Source of the DNA: Zygophlyctis sp. KS116
Taxonomy: Eukaryota > Fungi > Chytridiomycota
Length of the DNA: 21,499 nt
Reading direction: 5' to 3'
NCBI GenBank assembly: GCA_054661495.1
Contig: BAAFSQ010000172.1
Span: 1-21,499, forward strand
Under the pieces are notes generated by a model. It did not search any database and was not told where the DNA came from. It saw only the letters and a program-made list of their open reading frames with translations. Shown here one piece after another: positions 9,003 through 20,778 of the stretch; the first letter of the stretch is position 1; the number at the start of each line of letters is the position of its first letter. Made by a program: the position numbers and the translations under genes.

Positions 9003-11069
9003 TTATAATATAAGGATAATGATCATCTATAATAATATATAAGAAATATTCTAAAATAAGAATAAACCAAAGATAGTAAGTAAGACATAGTGAATAATAA
9101 ATCCAGTATATAAAATCTCAATATTGAAACTATTAAAATTTAATTTTCTAAAGATACCAAAGGGTCCAAAATATTGTAATAATCCTTTATCAAAATATCT
9201 GTAAAGACTAATAGAGTTATTTAATGAACTATGCATAATCCAGTAATTAAAGATATTAAAGTGAGAGAATGTTTTTGTTATCCAATATAAAGGCACTACA
9301 TTAGGACCCCCCGGTAGGGGGGTCGATACTGGTTTAAGATTGTCGGATCCAGCATGGGACTCCCTTTTAAATTGTGTAAGAAGTTTTCCTTGATATTTAA
9401 GTGGAACACCCAGATCTAAGCTTTTTAAAGTACCAATATTATATTTTTTTCTTAAAGGTAATAATGTGATTAATAAAACTAAAGGCTAAGATACAATTAA
9501 TTTTAATATTGTAAATTCAGATAAAGAACTATCAAATAGACGAATTCTACTAGGATGAGTAAAGATACTATTCATATAAATTTCAGTACCACCACCGATA
9601 AATAACTCTTGAGTCAGATATCCGAAGAATATAGATCCTAAGGCTAATAAGATGAAAGTAAATAAGATAGGGAAATCTAAAGGATCATGTATCATGTTGG
9701 TTAATCTATTATTAAAGTTTGGTTTACTCTAGAATGTGATAATTAATAGTCTGATAGAGTAAATACTAGTAAGGAAAGCAGCGACTAAAGTTAATAAATA
9801 AGCAATAGTTTGTGTGGTATTATTAGGAATAAATAGTATTTCCTAAATAAAATCTTTAGAGTAGAATCCAGTAAAGAAAGGAAATGCCATTAAAGAAAGA
9901 CTACCTATAATAAAGCAGGAATAAGTGATAGGTAAGAAGTGAACTAAATTTCCCATTTTTCTCATATCTTGTTCATCTAGTAAGGCATGTAAAACAGCTC
10001 CGGCGGACTAGAATAATAAGGCTTTAAAGAAAGCGTGATTAATTAAGTGAAATAAAGCTAAAGAGTATTGACTAATACCACAAGCAACAACCATATAACC
10101 TAATTGACTACTAGTAGAGAAAGCAATCTATTTTTTTAAGTCATTTTCTAACTAACCACAGGCTGCGGCCTATAATGCAGTAATACCTCCTAACCATGTG
10201 ATTACAACCTAATTAAGACTAGACCATTCCAACATTGGACTTATTTTCATAAATAAATATACTCCTGCAGTGACCATAGTAGCGGCATGAATTAAAGCTG
10301 AGACTGGAGTAGGAGCTTCCATAGATTCTGCTAACCAAGTATGTAATCCAAATTGGGCACTTTTGGCCATTGCTCCAATCATTAACAATATGATGGCTAA
10401 AAACTATAAATCACTATTAATTAGATGACTTAAAGGTAATAAAACTGCAAAAGACTAATCACTGGTAATAGCTAAGACCAGTATAATACCTAACATTAAT
10501 CCATAATCACCTAATCTATTTATCTAAAAGGCTTTCATTGAGGCTAAATTAGCGGACATTTTTGTAAACCAGAAATTTATTAACTAATAAGATGCAACTC
10601 CAACACCTTCCCATCCTAAGAACTATATTAACTAATTATCCCCAGTTATTAATAATATCATGGTAAAAGTAAAGAAAGAAAGATAAAAGAAAAATCTTAA
10701 AATATGAGGATCACCATTCGGGCACCCTGGACCCAGCATTGGAAATGCTGGGGATTCCGGGGGCCCCATATAACTATAACTATACTATTGAGCTAAGAAA
10801 GAAATTGTTATTACTGGTAAAAACATTGAAATTGTCAAAGTATCAAAGGTAAAAGACCAATCTAATTGAATCTATTCATATTTTATCCAATGACCCTAAT
10901 TGATGGTGACGGGTGATCCTGTCATAACTACCTCATAAAAAGAAATTAAAGTCAAGATCTAGGTAATAAACATACTTAGTATACTTAATATTGGTCCTAG
11001 TTTTATACCATTGAATCGGTTTGACTACTAACCACCCTATAAAGGTAGAAATATTAAACTTAGATACAT
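9003..11069 (-). CDS. nad5: NADH dehydrogenase subunit 5 (688 aa incl. in-frame GC insertions)
   Basis: [67 protein letters not shown]. Many TAG=Leu; TAA at 9003-9005. Confidence 0.95.
10719..10766. mobile_element. 48-bp GC-rich hairpin element inserted in frame in nad5
   Basis: gggcaccc-[ggacccagcattggaaatgctgggg]-gggggccc lies between the codons for YM and NGDPH. Confidence 0.85.
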
Positions 11070-11081
11070 ACTTACCTAATA

Positions 11082-12530
11082 TTATAATATATTATATAAA
11101 GAAACTTGAATACTATCTATTATCTAATGAGGATTGACTCCGAGATAAACTATAAAGAATAATAAAGGTACAAATAAATGAATCTCTTTACGAGTTACAT
11201 CATCAAACTATACAGGTAAATGATTACTAAATTGTCCATAAGCTATTTTATGGTAAGTCCATAAGAAGTAAATTGGCTACTAAAAACTTATCTAGGTTAT
11301 TATTACTGTAACAATAGGGTTTAATAAAGCACTACCATAATAGATTAAAAATTCACTGGCAAATCCAAAAGTACCTGGTAAACTTAAATTAGATAAACTA
11401 AATATTAAAAATAAGGTTATATATACTGGCATGATAAAGGTTAAACCTCTATAATATTTTAAAGTTCGAGTATGGTAACGATCATACTAGACTCCTACTA
11501 ACATAAACTATCCTCCAGAAACTAGACCATGAGAAATTGAATAACAATAACTACCTACTAGACCATGAATATTATTTGAAAAAATACCTATTATTGAAAT
11601 ATTCATATGAGCTATACTTGAATAGGCAATAACTTGTTTTAAATCTATTAATGATAAAGCTGAGATACAACTATAAATTATTCCTAATATAGCTAACTAA
11701 GTGACAAAGGGTAAGAAAAATTCACATGCTTCGGGAAACTAAGGTATTGAAAATCTTAAAAATCCATAAGTACCTAATTTTAATAATATAGCAGCCTAGA
11801 TCACTGAAGCACTGGTATTACCTTCGGTATGGGCTAAAGGTAACCAAATGTGAAATGGTACCATAGGGACTTTAATTGCAAATGATATAAAGAATCCCTA
11901 CCATAAAATATATTGAGTTGATCTATCTATTTCTATTGATAATAATAAAGGATATTCAGTAGTACCTCCCACAAAATATAAAAATACTATTGAAATAAAT
12001 AAGAATAAAGAACCCAATAATGTATATAAAAAGAATTGGTATAAAGCAGATAATTTTTTGTTTCTACTTCCAAAGTATCCTATTAAGAAAAACATAGGTA
12101 ATAAAACTGCTTCAAAACTTATAAAGAAATATATTAAATCTAAGACTAAAAAGACCATTAAAGACCAAAAGTTAATTAATAATATAGAATATAAAAATTT
12201 AACGGGCATAACTGAAACACTTTTATAACTTTGCTATAATATTATCGGTAATAACTAATTAGTCTACCAAATTAACCAGATTGAAATACCATCGATTCCT
12301 AATAAACTTCCATTAATGGTAGTAATAAATTGAAAACTGGGATTTAAAGGATCAAAGAGAAACTACTAAATAGTACTATGCACAAAATTTAATAAACTTA
12401 GATAAAAAGAAACTCTTATACTATTTTCTGTCTTATCATAGGCCGTGTATAATATTGATAAGATAGGCATTAACTATAATGGGCCCAGCATATTCTGTTG
12501 GACAAACTATGACTAATTATTTATAACCAT
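11082..12530 (-). CDS. nad4: NADH dehydrogenase subunit 4
   Basis: [49 protein letters not shown]. About 19 TAG=Leu; alternative start at 12491. Confidence 0.95.
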
Positions 12531-12602
12531 ATCTCTGTAATTGATATTATTAGTGTACTTATGGTCCTCCCGGGATCCATTGTAAATGTTGGGTACACAT
12601 AT

Positions 12603-13715
12603 TTAACCAATAATCATTAAAATTATAAAGTAACTAAAGTAAATGACTGTTGATAATTGACTTAAGAAGACATAAGGTTGATAAGCTGGTTTTCCACCTA
12701 ACCACATTAAGAAGAAGAAATTAAAGACAAAGATCCAGAATAAAAAGTTTAATATTGGTCTAAATCTATTGGCTCTAATATTCTAAGTATGAAACTAAGA
12801 TAAGGGGAATAAGATTAATAAAGCACCAAACATTCCTAATACTCCTCCTATTTTATTAGGGATAGCTCTTAATATTGCATAAAAAGGTAAGAAATACCAT
12901 TCGGGGACTATTGAGGCAGGTGTTACTAAAGGATTGGCTGGAATAGAATTATCTGGATGACCTAAATAATTGGGAGAATAAAAGATAAATAAACTTATTA
13001 AGATAAATAGCCATAAAAATCCGATTAAATCTTTGGAGGTGAAATAAGGGTGAAATCTTAATCTATCACTAGAAGATTGGATTCCTTCGGGATTATTACT
13101 TCCGGTTACATGTAAACTGATTAAATGCATTATGACTAAGGCTAATAATACAAATGGTAGTACAAAATGCTAACTAAAGAATCTATTTAAAGTTGGATTC
13201 TCGACGGAAAATCCTCCCCAGATGAATTCTACTAAACTGGTTCCGATCCAAGGAATTGCTGAAAACTAATTGGTAATGACTGTGGCTCCCCAAAGACTCA
13301 TTTGACCAAATGGTAATACATATCCTATAAAGGCTATGGCCATCATTAAAATATAAATGACCACTCCTATTGACCATAATAAAGTTCTAGGACTTCGGTA
13401 AGAACCATAATATAAACCTCTACCCATATGTAAATAGACAAAGATAAAGAAAAAAGAGGCTCCATTTGCATGTAAATATCTTAAAAACCAACCATTATTC
13501 ACATCTCTCATTATATGTTCCACACTATTGAAGGCTTCACTCACTGAAGGAGTATAATGCATGGCTAAACTTACACCACTTATGATTAAGATTATTAAAT
13601 TCTAACCTAATAAAGACCCAAAACTCCAAAAATGGGAGATATTTGAAGGTAAAGGAGAATCTATTAAATAAGTATTAGCCTAACTCTAGATTGGATTAGA
13701 TTTACTAATTTTCAT
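12603..13715 (-). CDS. cob: Apocytochrome b (no introns)
   Basis: [52 protein letters not shown]. One continuous frame with TAG=Leu. Confidence 0.98.
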
Positions 13716-13792
13716 AGACCTTCTATTTGGGGATTCTTAAATTTGAGGGTCCACCCCTAGGGGCTCCCCAGTTCTTAAAAAGTGCCCACGCA

Positions 13793-14509
13793 TTAGATCA
13801 TATCTCGGATAGTTATACAAGTGATAAAGGTAAAGATATAAGCTTGTAAATAAGCAATTAATAACTCCTAAGCTAAAAATAAAGAAACTAATAATAAAGG
13901 TAAACTTAATATTAATAAAGAAACATTATTTAAATAAGCTAAATAAATAAAACTTATTAACACTTTGGCTAAAATATGACCTGTGATTAAATTAACGGCT
14001 AATCGTAAACCTAAACTAAAAGTTCTTGTTAAATAAGCCTAGATCTCTAAAGGCACCATTAAAAAGATTAAAGCAAAAGGTGTTCCTGCTGGTAAAAAGG
14101 CGGCAAACTAATATAATTTGTGACTAAAGAATCCCATTATTAATACTCCCATTAAAATGGTAAAAGCTAAGGTTAAGGTCATTACTATCTCGACGGTTGG
14201 TGTTGAACTATAAGGGACCATTCCAATTAAGTTAGAAAATAATATTACTGTAAATAAGGTATAAATTAAAGGAAAGAACATCTCTAATTTAGGGCTAATA
14301 TAACTTTGAACCATTGAGAGTAAAGTTCGATAAAAGGACTCATTTAAAATTCCAAACCAACTACTTACTAATAAATTACTTTGTAAGGTTCCGATCATTA
14401 TTGAAATAAACATCACTAACTATAAACCATAATTGATATTGGTGAAATTCTATGTGAAAGATAATACACTATAAATTTCATATTGTTCCATTGGAGAATA
14501 AAAAGTCAT
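13793..14509 (-). CDS. atp6: ATP synthase F0 subunit a
   Basis: MTFYSPMEQYEI, SNLIGMVPYS, RTFSLGLRLAVNLITGH, LQAYIF; 238 aa. Confidence 0.96.
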
Positions 14510-14571
14510 TTTAGAAGTATTTCACACATACACACTATACTTATCTTTCGAAAATTATCCTATCCTAAGAG
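14487..14571. repeat. 85-bp direct repeat, copy 2 (native atp6 5' region)
   Basis: Identical to 5720-5804. Confidence 0.96.
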
Positions 14572-14676
14572 ACTCTATTTAGCCCAGAATTTTTAATTAT
14601 GAGGTCTCCAGACTGGGTAGAAATGCAGAGATAACTACATAGGGGGCTGGCCCATTAACTAATCTTAGGAATGGTC

Positions 14677-14841
14677 TCAAACGGACCAGTCGCTGGGTCC
14701 AAAGAGCTAAGAATTTCTGGATACTAATATTTTCTAGGTTTTAGGTAAAGAAACACTTTGATGGTAAGTCTATAATAAAGTAAATACTAATAAGATCCAA
14801 GATATTAAATTGATCCACCAATAAGGTCTAAATTGAGGCAT
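14677..14841 (-). CDS. atp8: ATP synthase F0 subunit 8 (54 aa)
   Basis: MPQFRPYWWINLISWILLVFTLLLTYHQSVSLPKTLKILVSR...; 3 TAG=Leu, TGA stop; lies upstream of atp6. Confidence 0.9.
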
Positions 14842-14900
14842 TCCTTAAATTGATATCGATTCTTGTACTACATTCCACATTTTTTAAATTACTAGGATTA

Positions 14901-14996
14901 GACCCTCTGGTCCCAGCGACCCCCTACTCCCCCAGCATTTTCAATGCTGGGTATAGGGGGGTCCATTTTTAATGCTGGGGTGGAGTAGAGGGGTCC
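14901..14996. mobile_element. Nested GC hairpin element composite B[A[B[A]]]
   Basis: gaccctct..cccagc..gacccccta..cccagcattttcaatgctggg..taggggggtcc..atttttaatgctgggg..agaggggtc. Confidence 0.8.
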
Positions 14997-15000
14997 ATAT

Positions 15001-15897
15001 TTAACTCTAATAGTAAACTATTATTGGCTAAGTTATTATCTAACCGATAGCTATTGGTAAAATTAATAACCAACCTAAATTTAATAATTGGTCAAATCTA
15101 TATCGAGGTACACAAGATCTTACCCATAACATGATAAACTACTAAATGGTGGGTTGAAAGATTCCAAAAAAAAATATACTAAAGAAGGCTGAAATGGTTA
15201 ACATATTGGCATATTCTCCTAAAAAGAAAAAGGCAAAGGCTACTGCTCCATGTTCTGTCATAAAACCTGCTACTAATTCACTCTCTGCTTCTGGCTAATC
15301 AAAAGGAGCTCGATTGGTCTCGGCTATTGCTGATACTAAAAATAACTAAGCTACTGGAAATAAAGGAAAGATATTTTTGACCACTGATTGATTCTCATAG
15401 ATATCTGGTAAATTCACTGATCCATTTAAAAATATTATACATAACTAAACTAAACTTAAACTCACTGAATAACTGATCATTTGAGCGGTGGATCTTAATC
15501 CTCCTAAAAAAGGGTATTTACTATTTGCAGACCAACCGGAAAATATTACTCCATAAATACTTAACTCTGAAATGGTTATAAAAATCTAAATTCCTGCTCC
15601 TCGCAGATCTGTTATCATCTAAGTTGGACTTATTGGCTAAACCTACCAATTTAACTAAGCAAAGAAAAATATTATATAAGGTGCTAATAAAAATATTCCT
15701 TTATTGGACTCTGAAGGTATTACTGTCTCTTTCTAGATTAATTTAACACCATCTGCTATTGCTTGTAAAAGACCCTCAAATCCTACTTGATTGGGACCTA
15801 CTCTTCTTTGACCTGCTGCCATCACTTTTCTCTCAGCCTATGTGGAAATAGCTACACTGATTATAACGTATAATAATATTAATAAAGAACCTTCCAT
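15001..15897 (-). CDS. nad1: NADH dehydrogenase subunit 1
   Basis: ST(L)[47 protein letters not shown](L)[18 protein letters not shown]; 298 aa. Confidence 0.97.
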
Positions 15898-15986
15898 TGT
15901 ATTATGAGACTTTTATTGATGTAAATCTTGACATATCATTAGATATTGGAATGCTTTTCTACTTAATACTTTCACTTACAAGATTA

Positions 15987-16053
15987 GGACCCCCCTGGGC
16001 CCAGCGACCCCCTATGGGGGGGTCCATTGAAAATGCTGGGGGTACTGGGGGTC
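15987..16053. mobile_element. Nested GC hairpin element composite B[A[B]]
   Basis: ggacccccc..cccagc-gaccccctatggggggg tcc-attgaaaatgctggg..gggggtc. Confidence 0.75.
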
Positions 16054-16699
16054 GACTCATGTTTTTGAAAGACGTAGGAGCCCTTATTGTCAACCTAAGG
16101 CAAAATCCCTCGCCCCGTTGACTACTCGTAAATATTGGCTGGACTGAATTGGGGAGCCCCTAGGGGTGCACCCAAAACATAGGATATCCGGTGACCGTGT
16201 TTACCCTATATAGTTGAATTACTATTGCAAAGGCCGTATTTGGCAGGACGTACCTAGAACTTTATGTTCCCTTCTACAAACTAAAGTGTAATAAACCATC
16301 GATTGAAAGTTAGCATATTGGAGACTAAATCGGAGCACTAGGATAGATGCTGTGGAGAATTTGATGATCGATAATGATCAGGTTGATTGGCGTGCTACCT
16401 AAAAGACATTTATAATGAGAATACTGTTGGAGATTATCCTCGAGATCCTATTTAACGTAGGACACCACCGGTTTAATCTGTATTGCATGCTGGTCGATTT
16501 GCCAACCCTATATAAAGATTGACAAAAAAGAATATATTATAAGCTAATTGGCCCCCTTTTGAAGGAGGGCGGCCCAGTATTGGGGGTTCCCATAAGGGTG
16601 CCCCTTGTCCCAGTATTTTCATACTATATCCAGCATTAGACCTTTTAAGGGGTCGTAAACACTGGACGGGCAATACTAGGTTATCTTGTATAAATCTTC

Positions 16700-19150
16700 T
16701 ATTTATTGTCTTTCCAAAATATAAAGTGGATTGTTTCTTCCTTGATATGTATTCAGGAATTAACTTTTAAGTACTTAACCTATTTAGCCTAGAGAATGGG
16801 GCATGGCCCTAATACCTCTTTGGTTTATCATGTAATCAGAGGTACTTATTAAAAAGTCCTCTCGTACTATCTTAACGACCAATCTATTTTAACAATCTCA
16901 GAAGATAGAAACCGATCTACCTCACGGTGATCTGAACCCAGCTCACGTTCCTTTTTATGTGGAGAACAGCCACACCCTTGGTATCACTTACAACACCAGG
17001 AAAAGAAGAGCCGACATCGAGGTGCCGAACCACGAATAAGATAAGGACTCCAATTCATGACTAGCCTGTTATCCCTTAAGTTACTTTGATTCCTTAAGCG
17101 GAATATTTATATATTCCGGATCACTATGACAAACGATAATTTTGGGTTCCCCAGATCCCCAGTGACCCCCTATTCCCCCAGCGACCCCCCTAGAGGGGGG
17201 TCCATTTTCAATGCTGGGTATAGGGGGGTCCATTTAAAACACTAGGTTGTAGGGTCCTATATCATTATAATTAGTTTTGTAAAACTTATTATTAAGTTAA
17301 ATTCTTCCATTGCAATTTCATTTAACCTTTGTAGTCCTACGTTACTTTTTAGTAGGAGTCCGCCCCAGATAAACTATCTCTCTAACATTTACATTGATAT
17401 GCCAGATAATAGTAAAGCATTAAAGGGTCTTCTCGTCTGACTGAGATTTAATACGTATCTGCACGTACATTATAATTTCACATGATCCTCTGATAAGACA
17501 GTTGATATGTCGTTGCACCATTCATGCAGGGCACCAATTAAGTGTCGAGGAACTTCGCTACCTTAGAACCGTTAGAGTTACAGCTGTCGTTTATTAGATA
17601 TTCCCCCAAGACTAGCTTGGAATTAAATGACTAACACTGGACAGATGACAGATCTAATACTTTTTTATTTAATTAGCTAAATCCTATGTTTGAGGTAAAC
17701 AGTCGCACATCAGTTTTGCCGAGTTCCTTATCAGAGGTTCTTCACTTAACCTTTTTTTATATACCTGTGTCGGTTTAAGTATGATTGTTACACTATTTCC
17801 TGTTAAGACTCCTCAGGGCCCAGGCCCCTTTACAAGAAGTCGAATCTTTAGATCTTTCGATCGACCATCCCTTTATTTAGGTTAGGTATCATGTTAACTC
17901 ATCGCAATCAATTTTAACGATGAAAACCGAGAAATTAAGGTCAAAATGATTAGGAGGCAGGTTACCCCACCCCACACATTTTTTAACGCTACTCATGTCA
18001 GCATTCTCTTTGACATCATCTAGATGTCTTGTACCGCTACCAGAACTCTTGAATTTTTAAGGAATTAACCCTCTTATATATTGCTTACACGCTCGCACGC
18101 TTACACATTATACTTTATCCAATTGTTCTCTTTGGTTATAGTTAATAGGAGAGATCCGTTTATTATCGATTCCTTAAACCATTTCTCTTCCTTGAGTTGT
18201 TACCCACTCCATTACAGATGGCTACTTCCAGGCCTACTGGGGGAAGTTATCACAACTATGAATCTTAAAATCACTTCCCTACGACCCCCTGATCTCCAGC
18301 TGGTGTGCTGGGTCATTCGGGGGCCCCGACTAATTTAGAACTTTTTCCCAAAGATGGAGTTATTTCTCATTTGATTATAGAACTTCGCTCCAATAATCTG
18401 ATTGTATATCTTACATTATATAAATTTCTTAGTTGTAGATCATCTTGATACTATACTCTACATAATTTATTATATACATTCTACTGCCATAGTTTTCGCG
18501 GTAAACCAGCTATATCTTAGTTCGATTGACATTTAATCTCTTTTCATTGCTTTACCTAGATTTTTGCCACAATCACAAGTTCGGTCTATTTTATACCTAG
18601 CAATAAAAAGTTCACTAAGTTTCGGGTCAAATTAATTAAATTTTGTATTTTCATTCGATTGCTCTTACTTAATCAATTTACTTGCTGACCCCTTATGCAA
18701 AAGGTAACTCATTCCAATTATTCATGGGTTGAGACTATCTTCAGATGATATGCTTCCAGATCTTTTTCACTACCCTTATGGATTCTTTTCAACTTTCCCT
18801 CACGGTACTTTCCACTATCGCTATAAAGAAATTTTTTTATCTAGATGCTCTTTATTGAAACATCGATTAGATGAAACCAGTGGGGCACCCCTTAAGGGGC
18901 ACCCTAACTGATCCCAAATTTATATATTCTGAGCTTTCATTCATCATTACTTACTCTATTTTTTTACGCCATATACTAAGATATCTCAATTCTATGACTT
19001 TTTTATCTACCTTTTCAGGTATGGAGAGTTATTGGTGGACTCGTTAAAATCCACTTGGGGGACCCCCTAAAGGGGGTGCCCGAATAATTTTAGACTATTA
19101 CATCTTCCATTTCCTTTATAGCTAGCCATCCGCATAAAACCCTACTAATT
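16700..19150 (-). rRNA. rnl: Mitochondrial large subunit rRNA (ends approximate)
   Basis: Reverse complements of the sarcin-ricin loop (gtcctctcgtact, about 16856), PTC motifs (gaacccagctcacgt, gccgacatcgaggtgcc, cctgttatccc), cttcgctaccttag, ctttccctcacggtact, and a 5' helix gctagccatccgc at about 19121. Confidence 0.93.
17143..17258. mobile_element. Nested GC hairpin composite A'[B[A[B]]] inside rnl
   Basis: ccccagt-gacccccta-ttcccccagc-gacccccctagaggggggtcc-attttcaatgctgggta-taggggggtcc-atttaaaacactagg. Confidence 0.8.
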
Positions 19151-19257
19151 GTTTTTTTATCCATAACTACTAGGAACTGAGTATTGGGATCCATCGATTC
19201 AGGGAGATGAGTATCCGGAGACTAATAGCAATGGTAGAAAAATTAAAATATGTAGTA

Positions 19258-20512
19258 TAGTTTCGTGTATGATTATGGCTCAATTGAACGCGTATTCATA
19301 GACCTGACACATGCGAATTGAAAAGTTGAGGGTTTCGGCCTTAGACTTAGTAAATAGAAAGGTGAGTAAAGGATTTATTTACCCAACGGACCCCCCTAGA
19401 GGGGGTCGGTAGATAGTAATATCTTAAGTTGGATAATTTATCCAGAGTTTTAGGTAGTAGAGAGATGAAGATCTCATCTAGCCGATGATGCTTAACGTAA
19501 GTCACAGATGGTATGAAAAATCATCCCTTTGGCAGCAGTGAGGAATCTTGGGCAATGGTTGAAAGACTGACCCAGTTTATGAATTAGGCAATACGACGCT
19601 TTGGATGTACTTCTGGAGAAGAGTATGCCATTAGAGATTATTGTAGAATGAACGATATCTCGGATTTTCGTCCCGGCCAAATCTGTGCCAGCCGCCGCGG
19701 TAAGACAGAAGATGGGTTTAAACACATTGATGGACGGCGTTTTTTATCATGAATGGGCAGAAAGCGTGGTCAGACTTAATTGATTGAGTTACCGATTCTT
19801 GCCGGCTCCCCTAAAGGGGCCCCAATTGGAGAGATGGTTCTTGATTATCTCGAACTCACAATTTAGAGTTACTTTTGAGGTTATGTAGAATGATTCATTT
19901 AGGCGTGATATCCTGAGAGATGTTTTGGAAGAATAACTGTGAAGACTGATAACTGAAAGTAACTGTCGTTTACCCACTAAAGTATGGAGAACGATAGGGA
20001 TTAGATACCCCTGTAGCCCATACCCTAGATCGAGCTTGAAAAGAGATAGCTCCGCCTTCGAAGTACGATTGCAAAATTGAAATGGAAATAAGTTGACGGG
20101 TCCCGATAAGAGCAGTGGAACACGTGATTTAATTGGATGATACCCCATATATCTTACCTTTATACTTAGGTGTTGCATGGCTGTTGCAAGTGAGTCCAGC
20201 AATGGGGATAAACTTACTAATAAGTTCTTTAGAGAGCTATCAATACAAGTAATCACGGCCCAATGTTAAAGGCATACACGTGTTACAATGGTTAATCACA
20301 AATAAACAAACTTAACCGTAGTTCGGATAATTCTCTGGAATCGAGAATTTGAAGCTGGAATTGCTAGTAATCGTCATTTATTATCTGACGGTGAATGTTT
20401 ACCTCGGGATTGTACAAACCGCCTGTCAATACAAGAGAAAGGTCCTAGCGGGTCTTGATCAGGTATAAGTCATAACAAGGTCATGGTACCGGAAGGTGCT
20501 GTGTAAGTCAAT
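19258..20512 (+). rRNA. rns: Mitochondrial small subunit rRNA (ends approximate)
   Basis: tgattatggctcaattgaacgc, ggcagcagtgaggaat, gtgccagccgccgcggtaa, ggattagataccc, tgttgcatggctgt, tgtacaaaccgcc, aagtcataacaagg. Confidence 0.95.
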
Positions 20513-20546
20513 TAGGGAATACCTAAATAATACTATAGTTGGTGCA

Positions 20547-20618
20547 GGGGGCACCCCTATACCCAGCATTGTAAATGGACCCCCCTAGAGGGGGTCGCTG
20601 GGGGAAAAGGGGCTCCCC
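20547..20618. mobile_element. Nested GC hairpin composite C[A[B]]
   Basis: gggggcacccct-atacccagcattgtaaat-ggacccccctagagggggtc-gctgggggaa-aaggggctcccc. Confidence 0.8.
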
Positions 20619-20778
20619 ACTTGAAACTAATATTTATTCTAAACAGGGCCTGAGATGATTGTTTAGACTTCAGCCAAGGGAATGCTGGGTCAATAGTCAT
20701 TGGTGTCCGCCACGGGTGCTCCCATTTGGGGCCGGAATAGGGTGGAAGTTCATTATTGTAAAGTAGTGAGAATTCAGG

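Noticed and set aside
13183-13377. 64-aa minus-strand ORF
   Set aside because: Alternative frame inside cob.
14820-14841. Suspected frameshift in atp8 (an MPQLD-like reading one base off)
   Set aside because: The unshifted frame gives a fungal-type MPQFRPYWWINL Atp8, while the shifted frame stops within a few codons.
15897-16673. Track ORFs 15897-16121 and 16473-16673
   Set aside because: They are kept open largely by GC-rich repeats (G/P-rich translation) and show no recognisable motif.
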